The translations under genes and the position numbers were made by a program. Below the pieces are notes generated by a model that worked only from the letters and a program-made list of their open reading frames with translations, was not told where the DNA came from and ran no database searches. This document shows positions 34,141 through 44,413 of a stretch of 54,007 nucleotides of DNA, in pieces. Origin of the DNA: Prorocentrum cordatum (Eukaryota). Location: positions 62,001-116,007 of the forward strand of contig CAUYUJ010000273.1 of NCBI GenBank assembly GCA_963575745.1, read 5' to 3'. How positions within the stretch are numbered: the first letter of the stretch is position 1; each line of letters opens with the position of its first letter.

Positions 34141-34342
34141 TATATGTCCTCCTCGGAGGCGCGCGTCCGACCCGAACATGTAGTATACCCATCTTGTAGT
34201 ACATCGTTTCCCGAGCGGTGTGGCCAGAAAGCGCCCGCCACGACGCATATAATATCAGATTTCTCGGTGCGCGCGTCGCCCCTGGGGGGGGGGGGGGCGA
34301 CGCACATATCGTAAAGTATATGTTGGGGGGACGCCGACATGA

Positions 34343-34500
34343 GGCCGGGCGTGTCCTCCTACAGGCGGAGCTTGGATAGAAAATCAAACATTGACAACAA
34401 ATACTCGAAACATGCTCAAGCATGGTTTTAAAACAAATCGTGCCCAGACAATTGTTTGACTAGTTTTGGAGATTCCCCCTGTAGAGGGACACGCCCGACC
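34343..34500. mobile_element. PIF/Harbinger-like MITE copy
   Basis: GGCCGGGCGTGTCCTCCTACAGG...CCTGTAGAGGGACACGCCCGACC with TGA/TAA flanks. Confidence 0.75.
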
Positions 34501-34917
34501 TAATGCAAGCATGTGATTGCACTGCGCTGCAGAAAATCCTCCCGATCCCTGCCCGGGGCGTGCGAGCCGAAGGCCGTCGCCTACAGTCAGGCACTGGGAC
34601 TGGCGGGGCTGGCGGGGCCGGGAAATCTGCGCGGTGGAATGTTCCCCCGAGCTCCTCCGCCCTCCCACGACACCGGAGGGCGACGGGGAAGGAGGGCGGA
34701 GGGAGGGCGCAGGAGCGAGGGAGCCGCGAGGACGACGGGAAGGAAGGACGAGGAGAGGAGGGAAGTTTTGGGAGGGAGGTGGAGACACGTGGCCAGGCAC
34801 TGTTGTTTGTGGAGGGGCGAGGAGGGAGGGGAGGCGAGGGGCGAGCCGAGAGAGAGGCAAGGGGGCAGAGAGCACGGAATGGAGGGTTTGCGGAGGGGGG
34901 AGGGGGAGGTGGGCAAG

Positions 34918-35069
34918 TCTGGAGGCAGGGAGGGAGTATGGCATAAAAGGGGTGTGGTGCTATTCTAAGTAACGGGGACTCCGGCGGTGTTGCTTATCGT
35001 AGACAACATCGCCATCTCCACGATTGGCACCATGCCCCTTTATGCCACACACCCCTTCCGACCTCCAGA
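34918..35069. mobile_element. MITE with ~48-bp TIRs, TC...GA termini, 5-bp TSD GCAAG
   Basis: Left TCTGGAGGCAGGGAGGGAGTATGGCATAAAAGGGGTGTGGTGC. Reverse complement of right TCTGGAGGTCGGAAGGGGTGTGTGGCATAAAGGGGCATGGTGC. GCAAG at 34913-34917 and 35070-35074. Confidence 0.9.
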
Positions 35070-36018
35070 GCAAGGGGGAAGCAGGGAGGGGGATTTGGCT
35101 GGTGCGGAAAGGGGACGGGGAAGGGGTGGGAATGGCGAAAGCATGGATGACGGTGGAGGAGGGGGGGGCGACGGGGGAGCATTACAGGGAGAAGGGAGAG
35201 AGGGAGGAGAGGGAGAGGGAGCTCTGCAAGGAGAGAGGAAAGAGGAGTGAAGGAGCGAGGGGAGACGTGACCGAGGAAGGAGAGAAAGAGAGAAAAGAGC
35301 AGGCAGGGATGGAGGGCAGGAGGGAGACAGAGAGCTAGGGGACGGAGGCAAGTTTGGTTGGGCGAGCGCCGGGGACATGGTCACGCCAGGACGCTCGCAA
35401 CAGATCCTCGGAGAGCCTCTGCACAACAGCAGCTGCAGCACACCGGAAAATCCCAAGCGGGTGCTGCACTCCACTGCTCGGGGAGGCGCATGCCACACTC
35501 TGGCGGTAGGCCGCTGCGGAGGCGCGGCACAACACTGGCCCCAGCACTGGTGGATGAGCCACCAGGCTTGCGCAGGGACCGACCGTACCGGCAGTCCTGT
35601 AGTCCTACCACGACATGTTCTCAGAACCCAGAAATGTGCTGAGAACAAACACCATGTTCTTAGAACATGCGCCCGCTGTGTTCAAACAAGACAGTCTCGG
35701 CCAGAAATGGACGTTTCCCCAAAGCTTGACAGGCGAACAAGCGTCGGCAAGGAGCTGGGAGTTCCCTGAGCCAGAGAGTACCCTCAAATTCGTCACTACG
35801 CAGCGCCGCGAAGCACGTCCACATCGCGCGCGGACTGCGCACGAGGGGCTCCAGGGTTCGCGATCACAGCGTCAGGCCCCCTGGCGGATCGCTTCTCTCG
35901 CGCCCCCGGGCGCCGACCGGGGAACCTCCAAGACTTCACTGCCAGTCGCTTCGAAATGGCGGCGGCGCAGCATGCATTCAAATCGGCTGCCAATCATCTT
36001 GACAAAGTGGCCCACTAC

Positions 36019-36180
36019 TGAAGGGAAACTGGGACACACAAATAAATACACACAAATAAAAAGATTCCCCATATTTTCCTATATTTTCTGGGTTTTTGTC
36101 TTCCCCACCACTTCCCATATTTTCCTATATTTTCTGGGAAATCGACGATTAATTGTGTCTGTGTTTTTTTTCCCTCCTGA
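36019..36180 (+). mobile_element. ~160-bp MITE family, copy 5 (TSD ACTAC)
   Basis: ACTAC at 36014-36018 and 36181-36185. Confidence 0.92.
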
Positions 36181-36341
36181 ACTACTTCCAGCCACTCCCT
36201 CCTGGTGACATGGGAGGGCAAGGCTCCGGGAAGGGCAGGCGGGCCTCCCCACTCTATATTCCGGACCAAACGCTCACCCGTTGGAGCGACCCCCGAGGAA
36301 CTCCGCGCAGCCGACGGAGGACTGTCTCCGTCGTACCACCT

Positions 36342-36547
36342 TCGGGGAGACGTAAGACCCGGGTACGGGGGACTCGGAAATCCCCGACGAGGTCGTCAAA
36401 AAAATGACGAGGCCGAGCCTGCATTTTGACGAGGCCTCCCGCTGCAGACATCCCACGAAACTCCTCCTCGTCAAAATCCGAGTCGCGGTCGTCAAAAAAC
36501 GATGGCGAACCCGAGTCCCGGCAAACCCGGGTCTTACGCTCCCCCGA
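36342..36547. mobile_element. MITE with ~35-bp TIRs, TC...GA termini, 5-bp TSD CACCT
   Basis: Left TCGGGGAGACGTAAGACCCGGGT..GGGACTCGG. Reverse complement of right TCGGGGGAGCGTAAGACCCGGGT..GGGACTCGG. CACCT at 36337-36341 and 36548-36552. Internal CGTCAAAA motifs in both orientations. Confidence 0.9.
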
Positions 36548-36831
36548 CACCTGCCACTTTCAGCGCACCAGCGCGCCCCTGAGGAATCCCAGAAACGCCG
36601 GCGGCCTTCCCAGCGAACTGATCGGCACGAGAGCTCGAGAAAGCTCAAGCTCGGCGACGCCCCACAGATCACGCGTCGAAGCCGTCGAATGGGCACTGGC
36701 CCAGGGCAGCTCCGGATCCCCCTCGCGAGAACCCAGGAGGTCCCAAGTCCAGACGCGGAGGCCCAGCACGAGGGAGCTCCGAGCAATCAACGACGCACTC
36801 CCCCTGAGGCCCCGACCCAAGGGCAAGCAAT

Positions 36832-36993
36832 TGAAGGGGCCCAGGGACACACAAATAAATGCACACAAATAAAAGAATCCCCCATATTTTGCCATATTTT
36901 CTGGGTTGCTGTCTTCCCCCCACTTCCCATATTTTCCCACATGTTCTGGGGAATCGACGATTAATTGTGTCTGTGTGTTTCTTTCCCTCCTGA
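36832..36993 (+). mobile_element. ~160-bp MITE family, copy 6 (TSD GCAAT)
   Basis: GCAAT at 36827-36831 and 36994-36998. Confidence 0.92.
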
Positions 36994-37401
36994 GCAATCA
37001 CAATAAGCAACAACGCCACCGCAAGCGTAGGTCGCTAGCACGATGGGCGCGAACCCTGGAGCTAGACTGGGCCTCCGCCTGCAAGGTCCTCACCAGGATG
37101 GCATCACGCACGAGCTCAGCATCAGTCGAGGCCTCATCGTTGAGCACCGCCGCCTGATTAACCACACCTCCCGAGTCTCTGGTCCAAGGTCCACTGCCCC
37201 CCCCCGAACCGCCGAGGCCACATCGGCCCCCTCTGACACGACCTCCCCGACAAAACTAACCCCAATCCTGTCGACCGCCACTCCGGGCCAGCAGGGGGGG
37301 GAACAGCAGCAGGCAGCGGAAGGGGGCAACGATTCCAGGACATGCTTCTCTCGCGCTGGGGATTACCAGATATCGCAGAACAATGCTGGGAACTCAGCTT
37401 G

Positions 37402-37592
37402 TGAGTATCGTTTATCCGATCCCCATCCCCAGCGGCGTGGCCTGGGCCCCACTGGCCGATTTGCCACCCCAGATGGGGCTATAGGTCGTCCCCTTCGGGT
37501 TCCGAGGGGTGTACTCCCCAGCTGGGGTGGTAATTTCGTGGGGGTCTCGAAGGGGATGGGGGAGGGGCTGGGGATCGGATAAAAGATACTGA
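37402..37592. mobile_element. MITE with ~28-bp TIRs, TG...GA termini (no TSD), at the 3' break of the LINE
   Basis: Left TGAGTATCGTTTATCCGATCCCCATCCCC. Reverse complement of right TCAGTATCTTTTATCCGATCCCCAGCCCC. Confidence 0.8.
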
Positions 37593-40342
37593 TTCGGCGG
37601 GGAGTCGACCTGCCCACCGGCCGAGCACGGCCAGGCAGGACGCGAGCCAGTCTCCCCCGGAGCCGCCCCGCACCGCGGGCACGCGCCGCCCCGGCGAGGC
37701 CCACGGAGCCCCGCGGCCCCGGCCTCGGGCCGGGCACCTCCCGAGACGACGCGCGCAGGCACGGCGGCGCCGAAGGCGCGCGGTTGGCGAGGCACCGCGA
37801 GGTCAACGCCACCCTGAAAGCTTTCCCCGTGGGACAGCCGGGCCGCCTTGCTGACGCACGTGCTGGACATGGCCCGCCGCGCGGCAGAGAACCGAAAGGG
37901 AGGCGGAAGTCCGTGTCCTGCGAATTCGTTCGAAGCACTGAGAGGCCCCCACCCCAAGACGCAAGACGCAGGCACCGCCCGGGATCACTCGAGATCCAGC
38001 AAGATGCACATGATGGCTGCCAACGGCCCAGAAAGAGCGCACCACCGACGGTTGGGCGCCAAGGCCGTCGAACCATCTCGATGTCGAGCCCGCGCTCTTC
38101 GCACACCCAACCGTTGTCCTGCGGCGAAAAAGCTCCATCCAACAGCAAGGGCAGACAGATGTTCCCGACGCACCCGACGCGCAGGGACCTCGCTATGATA
38201 CTCGTTATACTCAACACCGTAGTCGCACACGCACCTGTCGACTAGCACCCAGGGCTCCTAACGGACTGAGATCGGGAATTCTGGGGATCAGCGAGCGCGA
38301 GCCCAAGAACTTGCCCCCACGAACCAACAGAGAAAGCGCCCAGCTTCAAGATCTCGCGGAAACGACCGCACAAGAGGGCAAGATAAGCCAATCTGCGGGC
38401 GCGTTTGAAGGCCGTCCGTTGGCGGAGTTTGACCTTCCAGGTACACCTCCTTTTGCCTGCCGTAGTCATCTCCTCTAGGTCTTGACCGCCCTTTGAGACT
38501 CCATGGCCACCCCTGCCTCCGCAGACCTCAACTTGAGCTCCTCAGACAGAAGCGCGCCAGAGACGACGCCAGCGGACTTAAGCGAGATGACGCAGAGCAG
38601 GAGCTTGATGTCCAGACGCTGGAAACCAACAGCTGCAACAAGAGGTACAGAAAGGATATACCCACGGGCACCGTGCGCGCACTGGGCAGTGTCATCAATA
38701 TACGACAGAATCGGCACCAGTGGCAGTACCGTCCGCGCACGCTCCAGGACCCCATGTCTGCATGCCTTGACCAAGGGAACCACCTGCGAACACCTCGCGA
38801 GAATGGAACTCCCCAGCGGAATAAGGTTGGAAACGGTACGCACCCATCAATGTCCTAGGATCCTGGGACAAGCGCGCGCCACCATGTCAAAGCACAAAAA
38901 GATGCGAAAGGCTGTCAACCTTCAATGCCAACTACACCAGCTGGGACGGAACCGCGCGAAGAAGAATCATTCTCAACGTACCAGTGCAAGGAAGCAGACT
39001 CAAAGTTCCGAGCCCCCGCGACCTTACGACGCAGCACACGGAGCAAGGCAGCCTGCAATGCTGGCGACTTGAGCGCACCACTATCCTTGAGATATGCGCG
39101 CGCCACGGTTCATTCCTGCACGCAAACACCACGCATGCGTACATGCATACGATAGGTAAATGAGCACATAGAAACCGCGCGCCCGTCATGCACCGACATC
39201 GGGAAGAGTGCCAAAATATGTACGTACCGCTGCTGACGAAAGCCATGCATGGCCCTCTCACAGGCCGTTAAAAGAGCAGCAAGACAGCGCACCGCCCGAC
39301 CAGGGAGCCCCAAGAAAACCCGAGGCGCCCATTGGTCGACGACCACCGCAACGCCACTGGAGACGCGCGACGCCGCCCGCAGAACATCCTTGGCGGGAAA
39401 CCCACGCATCTCAAGAAAGGCCAAGCATCTCCCCGAACAGGCTAGTAGTGATCGACGCGATCTGCTCTGACAGCTGTTGCTTTAGTTCTCAGCTTCCTGG
39501 AAGTCAGCAGCAGACAGCTCCTGGAACTCTCCGAGGCCGAAGCTGTCACCGTCGTCCACCACAAAAGACGCGAGTTAGCCGTCCAAAAAAAACCTGTAGG
39601 CGCAATGTCGGTAGGCAGGCCGCCGATGCTGATGTTTGTGCCTGAGAAGAGATAGAGAGATGCAGCTCCGCGATCGCAACCTTGCATTCTGCATCATAAC
39701 GCTCAAATTCTCGATGCGTGCTCTCGAGATCCGACCGCTGCTTGGCCAGCCTGTTTTCGAGCGTGTGCTCATGTTCCAAATCACGATTCGTACTCTTGCT
39801 TTCGAGCGTGTTTTCGAGCGTGTTTTCGTCAATACTAATGCTGCTTTCCTAGGGGCTCCAACTCCTAAGTAGGGTCGCACTGGGGTAATTTTCGAGCGTG
39901 TGCTCATTTTCCAAATCACGATTCCGTTTCTTCTCGAGGATCTCCTGGAACGCGGCGTGTGCCCGCGTCTGGGCGGCAAGGGCGCCGCCTCCGGCTGGGC
40001 CCCCCTTTCTGCTGAGCCGGAGCGAGGAGCGGCGCGTCCCCAATCTCAGCGCGGAGCTCCACGAGCTGCTCGAGCTCACTCCTGGTCGCAGTGGCTGCTG
40101 ACGACCGTGCCGGTGGCCCCTGCCCGGAGGTTGCGCCTGCGGCTGCACGACGAACTTCCGCAGCGGCGCCTCGAGGGTTCGCACCACCTGCCACGTCTGC
40201 ATCTGGCGCTGGATCCTTCCCATGCTTGCCGCAGTGCTCGCACCAACTTGACAAGGAAGGCGTTATTCTTGCACTTGCAGTGGCCGCAGGTCCACCGCTG
40301 AGACTGATCGATGCCGCCACGAGGCTTGTCACCAGGAGCCAT
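37593..40342 (-). mobile_element. Decayed non-LTR retrotransposon (LINE): RanBP2-type zinc-finger ORF1, RT with YIDD, C-terminal zinc knuckle; endonuclease missing
   Basis: ATG at 40342 then WTCGHCKCKNN../..WCEHCGK (frameshifted RanBP2-like finger) and a coiled coil. RT motifs VDQWAPR..LPGRAVRCLAALLTACE, YRMHVRMR, ALQAALLR, SILARCSQ and SYIDDTAQ (YIDD at 38691-38702). Then WCALSGPLAA..LLDL, GGVDL and CPRCGAAPGET..WPC. Confidence 0.9.
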
Positions 40343-40609
40343 CGCGGCGCCAACGTGAGTGGAAAGTGGGGTGCGTCCAAGTCAAACTGGCCCGCGAACG
40401 CCCAGCCGCTCTGAAAATCGGCGATCGCATGCACAAATTGACTGTGCAAGACCAGCTGGGAGGGAGACACGGAGCGTGGGGAAAAGGAAGGAGGGGATGA
40501 GAGGATGAGAGGGTGCAGCAGGAAGGGAGAGTCAGAGGAGAATGAGAGTGAGAGGAGAAGAAGAGTGAGAGACAGAGTGAACAAGATATACCTATAACTA
40601 AGTAAGACG

Positions 40610-40769
40610 CATATAAACATAAATATATACATACATACACACACATACATACATACATACATACATGCATACATACATACATACATACATGCATGCATGC
40701 ATGCATACATACATCCATGCATGCATGCATGCATGCATACATACATACATACAGACATACATACATACA

Positions 40770-40800
<31 letters not shown>

Positions 40801-41450
40801 ATGCATGCATGCATGCATGCATACAAACATACATACATACATACATACATACATACATACATACATACATACATACATACATACATACATGTATCCATGC
40901 ATGCATGCATACATGCATACATACATGCATACATACATGCATGCATGCATGCGTGCATGCATGCATGCATGCATACGTACATGCATACATACATACATGC
41001 ATGCATGCATACACACATACATACAGGCATGTGTGTGCATGCATATCTACATATATGTATGCATGCATATATGCATGCATGCATGCATGCATGCATGCAT
41101 GCATGCATGCATGCATGCATACATTCATACATACATACATACATACATACATACAGACAGACCGACAGACATACATACATATATACAGATATACATACAT
41201 ACATACATACATACATGCATGCATGCATACATGCATACATACATACATATATACATGCATGCATATATGCATACATAACTACATGCATACACACATACAT
41301 GCATACATACACACGTCGAGACAGAGAAAGAGAGAGAGAGAGAGAGACTGACACATACACAGACACAGAGACAAACACAGACACAGACGCAGCCACACAG
41401 ACAGACAGAGAAAGAGAGAGAGAGAGAGAGAATGACACAGAGAACGAGAG
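40610..41450. repeat. Compound (CATA)n/(CATG)n/(CGTG)n then (GA)n/(CAGA)n microsatellite
   Basis: Directly visible. Confidence 0.98.
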
Positions 41451-41813
41451 GAGATGGATCTGAGGGGAGGGAAGTGAGGAAAGGAGGGAAGAAAGAGGCA
41501 CAAGGCGCGGGGAACAATTATCCACCTTCCAGGATCCCCGGCCCCAGCTGGCGTTCAAGAGCGGGTTGCGGGGAAACCAGGGGAAGTGAGACTGGTGGAC
41601 GACATCAAATGGGGCACCGACGTCCACCAAGCCTCAGGAGCGCAATGCATCTCAGAATCAAATTCGAGCTGTACATTGCAGCATGCTGATTGCCCCACCC
41701 TCTTGCTCCACAGGGGGGCAGACGCGCGCGTCTTCTTCCTCCCCCTCTTCCTGCACTGACGCTCCTCCTCCTCCTCCTCCTCCTCCTCCTCCTCCTCCTC
41801 CTCCTCCTCCTCC

Positions 41814-41903
41814 TCAAGCGGAAGACAAAGCGTTGTAAACACAAAGTTTCGGACGGTCCGCGCGGACCGTCGAAAACATAATGCATTTGTTTCTGTTCGC
41901 TGA
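41814..41903. mobile_element. 90-bp TC...GA mini-element with central palindrome, inserted in (CCT)n
   Basis: TCAAGCGGAAGACAAA at left vs reverse complement TCAGCGAACAGAAACAAA at right. Core GACGGTCCGCGCGGACCGTC is palindromic. TSD is ambiguous inside the microsatellite. Confidence 0.55.
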
Positions 41904-42342
41904 CCCTCCTCCTCCGTCCGCGAGAGGACAGCACACCCCACCCCCACCCCCCGCCAGGACCCTCACCCCCGACCTGATGATCCAGGGGGTCCTGGCTGGG
42001 GGTGGTGATGCCTCTCCACTGCCCCCAAGACCCGGGAGAAAGAACACGCCCCCGCCCCCAGCCAGGACCCCCCAGACCACCAGGTCGGGGGGGAGAGGGC
42101 CCTGGCGGGGAATGGCGCCGTGGCGAGTGCACAGGAGGCTCGAGGCGCACAGCGTCCCCTCCTCGCGGGGGAGGGGCTGGGCTGTGCCGCCCCCCACCCG
42201 TGCAGGCCAGGACACGGCCTGCCCGATGGCCGCCCGAAGCCCGCGGCCTGGGGCCGACGAGCGGTGCTCGCGCCAGGCCCCCTCCCCCCCCCCCCCCCCC
42301 CCCGAGAGCGGCGGCCCTGAGGGCCAGCTCGTGGGGCTCGCT

Positions 42343-42480
42343 CGATCATCGATCGACCCTCGATCCTCGATCCGTCGATCCATCCTCGATCCTCGATCGA
42401 CCCTCGATCCTCGATCGATCGATCAATCATCGATCCTCGATAGATCGATCGATCCACCCTCGACCCTCGATCGATGGATC
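42343..42480. repeat. (CGAT)/(CCTCGAT) simple repeat
   Basis: Directly visible. Confidence 0.9.
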
Positions 42481-43929
42481 CGCGGCTGCCTTGACAGCGT
42501 TTGCTGTGTCTTGCGGTAGAGGCCGTTGCCAGCACCAGCCGCCCAACCGCGTAAAGTCACGATTCGTGCTGACTTCCGAACTGTCATTGGTCATTCCTGA
42601 GACGTTCCCAGACGGCGCCGGCGCGAAACGTGACGTACCCAGAACCCCTCCCCCCCTCAGTAACGCCCGCTACCGCCTGGGGATTCAAGACGCTCTCCGT
42701 TGCGCGCCTCTGCGGGCGACCCTGGGTCTCGCGGGGAGGTGAGGTGGAGAAGGGGGGGCAGGCGGGGACGCGCTGACCCGGGTCAGTGCAAGCCTAGGCC
42801 AGTCGGCTTTTCCAGCACCCGGCAAGATCCCGGGAGCAAGCCCGGGCCAATGCACCCCTGGCTCTGCAGGCTCCTGCAAGATCCGGCGGCCTGGCTGACC
42901 CCCATTTGCATTGACAGGTCTGCGATGGATCGCATCGCGAAATCGGATCGGATCGAGAGCGGGTCCGATCGCACGCGGAATCGTCCCGAACCGGATCGGT
43001 ATCAAACCGCCGCGCCCCGCTTCCGGCTGGCACTGGCCGATGCCGGTGAATACTGAGCCGGATTCCATCGAATCGGAACCGCGGCCCCACCCGGCGAATC
43101 GAATCGCATAGAATCGGATCGCGGGCTGCCCTAATTGGCCCCCGTCTCGACGCCCCGGAGGTAAGGGGGGGAAGCTGGCCGACCAGGTCAGTCCTGGGGA
43201 ATGGTGAGTCGGCGATGCCCCCAGGAGCGGGGGGCCGCGAGGCTGCCCTCGGCATGGGCTGGGCGTGGACAGGCGCGCTCCACGGCTCGTGAAACTACTC
43301 GCAAATCGCACGGGTCCAGCGCGGGGGACTCAGGATCCATCACAACGAGGCGAACGCATGTTTTGCGGACGTTTGCGAGCAGGCACTCTGCGAGTAGTGG
43401 AACGCGCTGGGCGAGGGAAAGGCACAAGAGGGGCCCGCGGGGGCGATCGCGAGCCATGCCCCTGCTGGAGATCCCACCAGCCCGGTAGGGCGTGAGCGGT
43501 TTAGAGCGCTTCCTCTTCCAACCCCCTTTCTTCCCCCTCGAGGAGGAGTTGATCACTGTTCCCTATGAATACACACCCCCTCCCCCAGGCGCCTGGCAGC
43601 CAACCAGGAAAAATGAGGACCACATGAAGGCCCCCCCCCACCATCCCTGTCAAAAACCGTACAAAGTACAAGTTGAGGCAAAGTCTGGAGTCTGGAGTCA
43701 TGTTCGTGAGGCCCGCGAGCACTTTGCATGCTTTTTTGACAGGGACGGCGGGGGTGTCAGCATATTGCCTGCTGCGCGCAGGGCTATCATCCCTGAATCA
43801 TGCGCGGCCACCCCGCGATCACTGTCAAGCGGTGGCGTAAGGCCTGCTGTGCGCAGGGCTACCAGACGCAATGATGGGCATCGGCTTTCGACATAGATGG
43901 TGGGGGCCGACATGTTTCCCGATGTGTGA

Positions 43930-44140
43930 TGCCACGTGCGCAGGCGCACCTGACATACTCTGCACGTGTCCCGAACGTGGCGCACCTGGCGCGGCGGGAG
44001 TATGCGGCACACCTGGCGCACGTGGAGGCACGTGGCGCATCTGGCGCACCAGGCGTGCCTGGCACGCTCGGGCCCCAGGGCTACCTTGCGCACGTGGCGC
44101 GCCTGGCACGCGTGGCACACCTCGCCCCAGCGTCGCGCAC
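43930..44140. repeat. Tandem ~9-mer (GCAC[C/G]TGGC)n
   Basis: Repeated CACGTGGCG/CACCTGGCG units. Confidence 0.85.
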
Positions 44141-44286
44141 ATGGGCTCGGTTCTGGTTCCCAGTAGCTGCGCATCCAAAGACGGCCGCTGAGCATGCCGA
44201 GGCTCTGGTGTTGCGTATGTGCTGGGAGGGCGGGTGGGAGTGAGCTAGATGGCTTGCTATCTACGAGGGTGTCTTGACCCCTCCCC

Positions 44287-44413
44287 CAGGGCTGAACCTA
44301 AACGGTGTGTTTCGTTTTCGTTGTGTTTTCGTTTTCTCTCGTTTTGTCTTCAATCCGCCTTTACCGCAAAACGAAGCCAAAACGAAAACGGCCCACGAAA
44401 CGGTCCAGCCCTG
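44287..44413. mobile_element. hAT-type MITE, TIR CAGGGCTG(A/G)ACC, 8-bp TSD CCCTCCCC
   Basis: TIRs at both ends. CCCTCCCC at 44279-44286 and 44414-44421. Subterminal TTTCG/CGAAA repeats in opposite orientations. Confidence 0.9.

Noticed and set aside
29171..36993. ~160-bp copies as paired LTRs of LTR retrotransposons
   Set aside because: Four copies have their own TSDs, the two without TSDs do not share flanks, and no gag/pol sequence lies between them. A solo-LTR origin with TG...GA ends is not fully excluded, but the same end signature occurs on clear TIR elements.
42784..43133. hAT-like ends (CAGTGCAA..TTGCATTG and ..GCTGCCCTA) with AATCG/GATCG subterminal repeats
   Set aside because: Probably MITE remnants, but I could not pair the ends or find a TSD.
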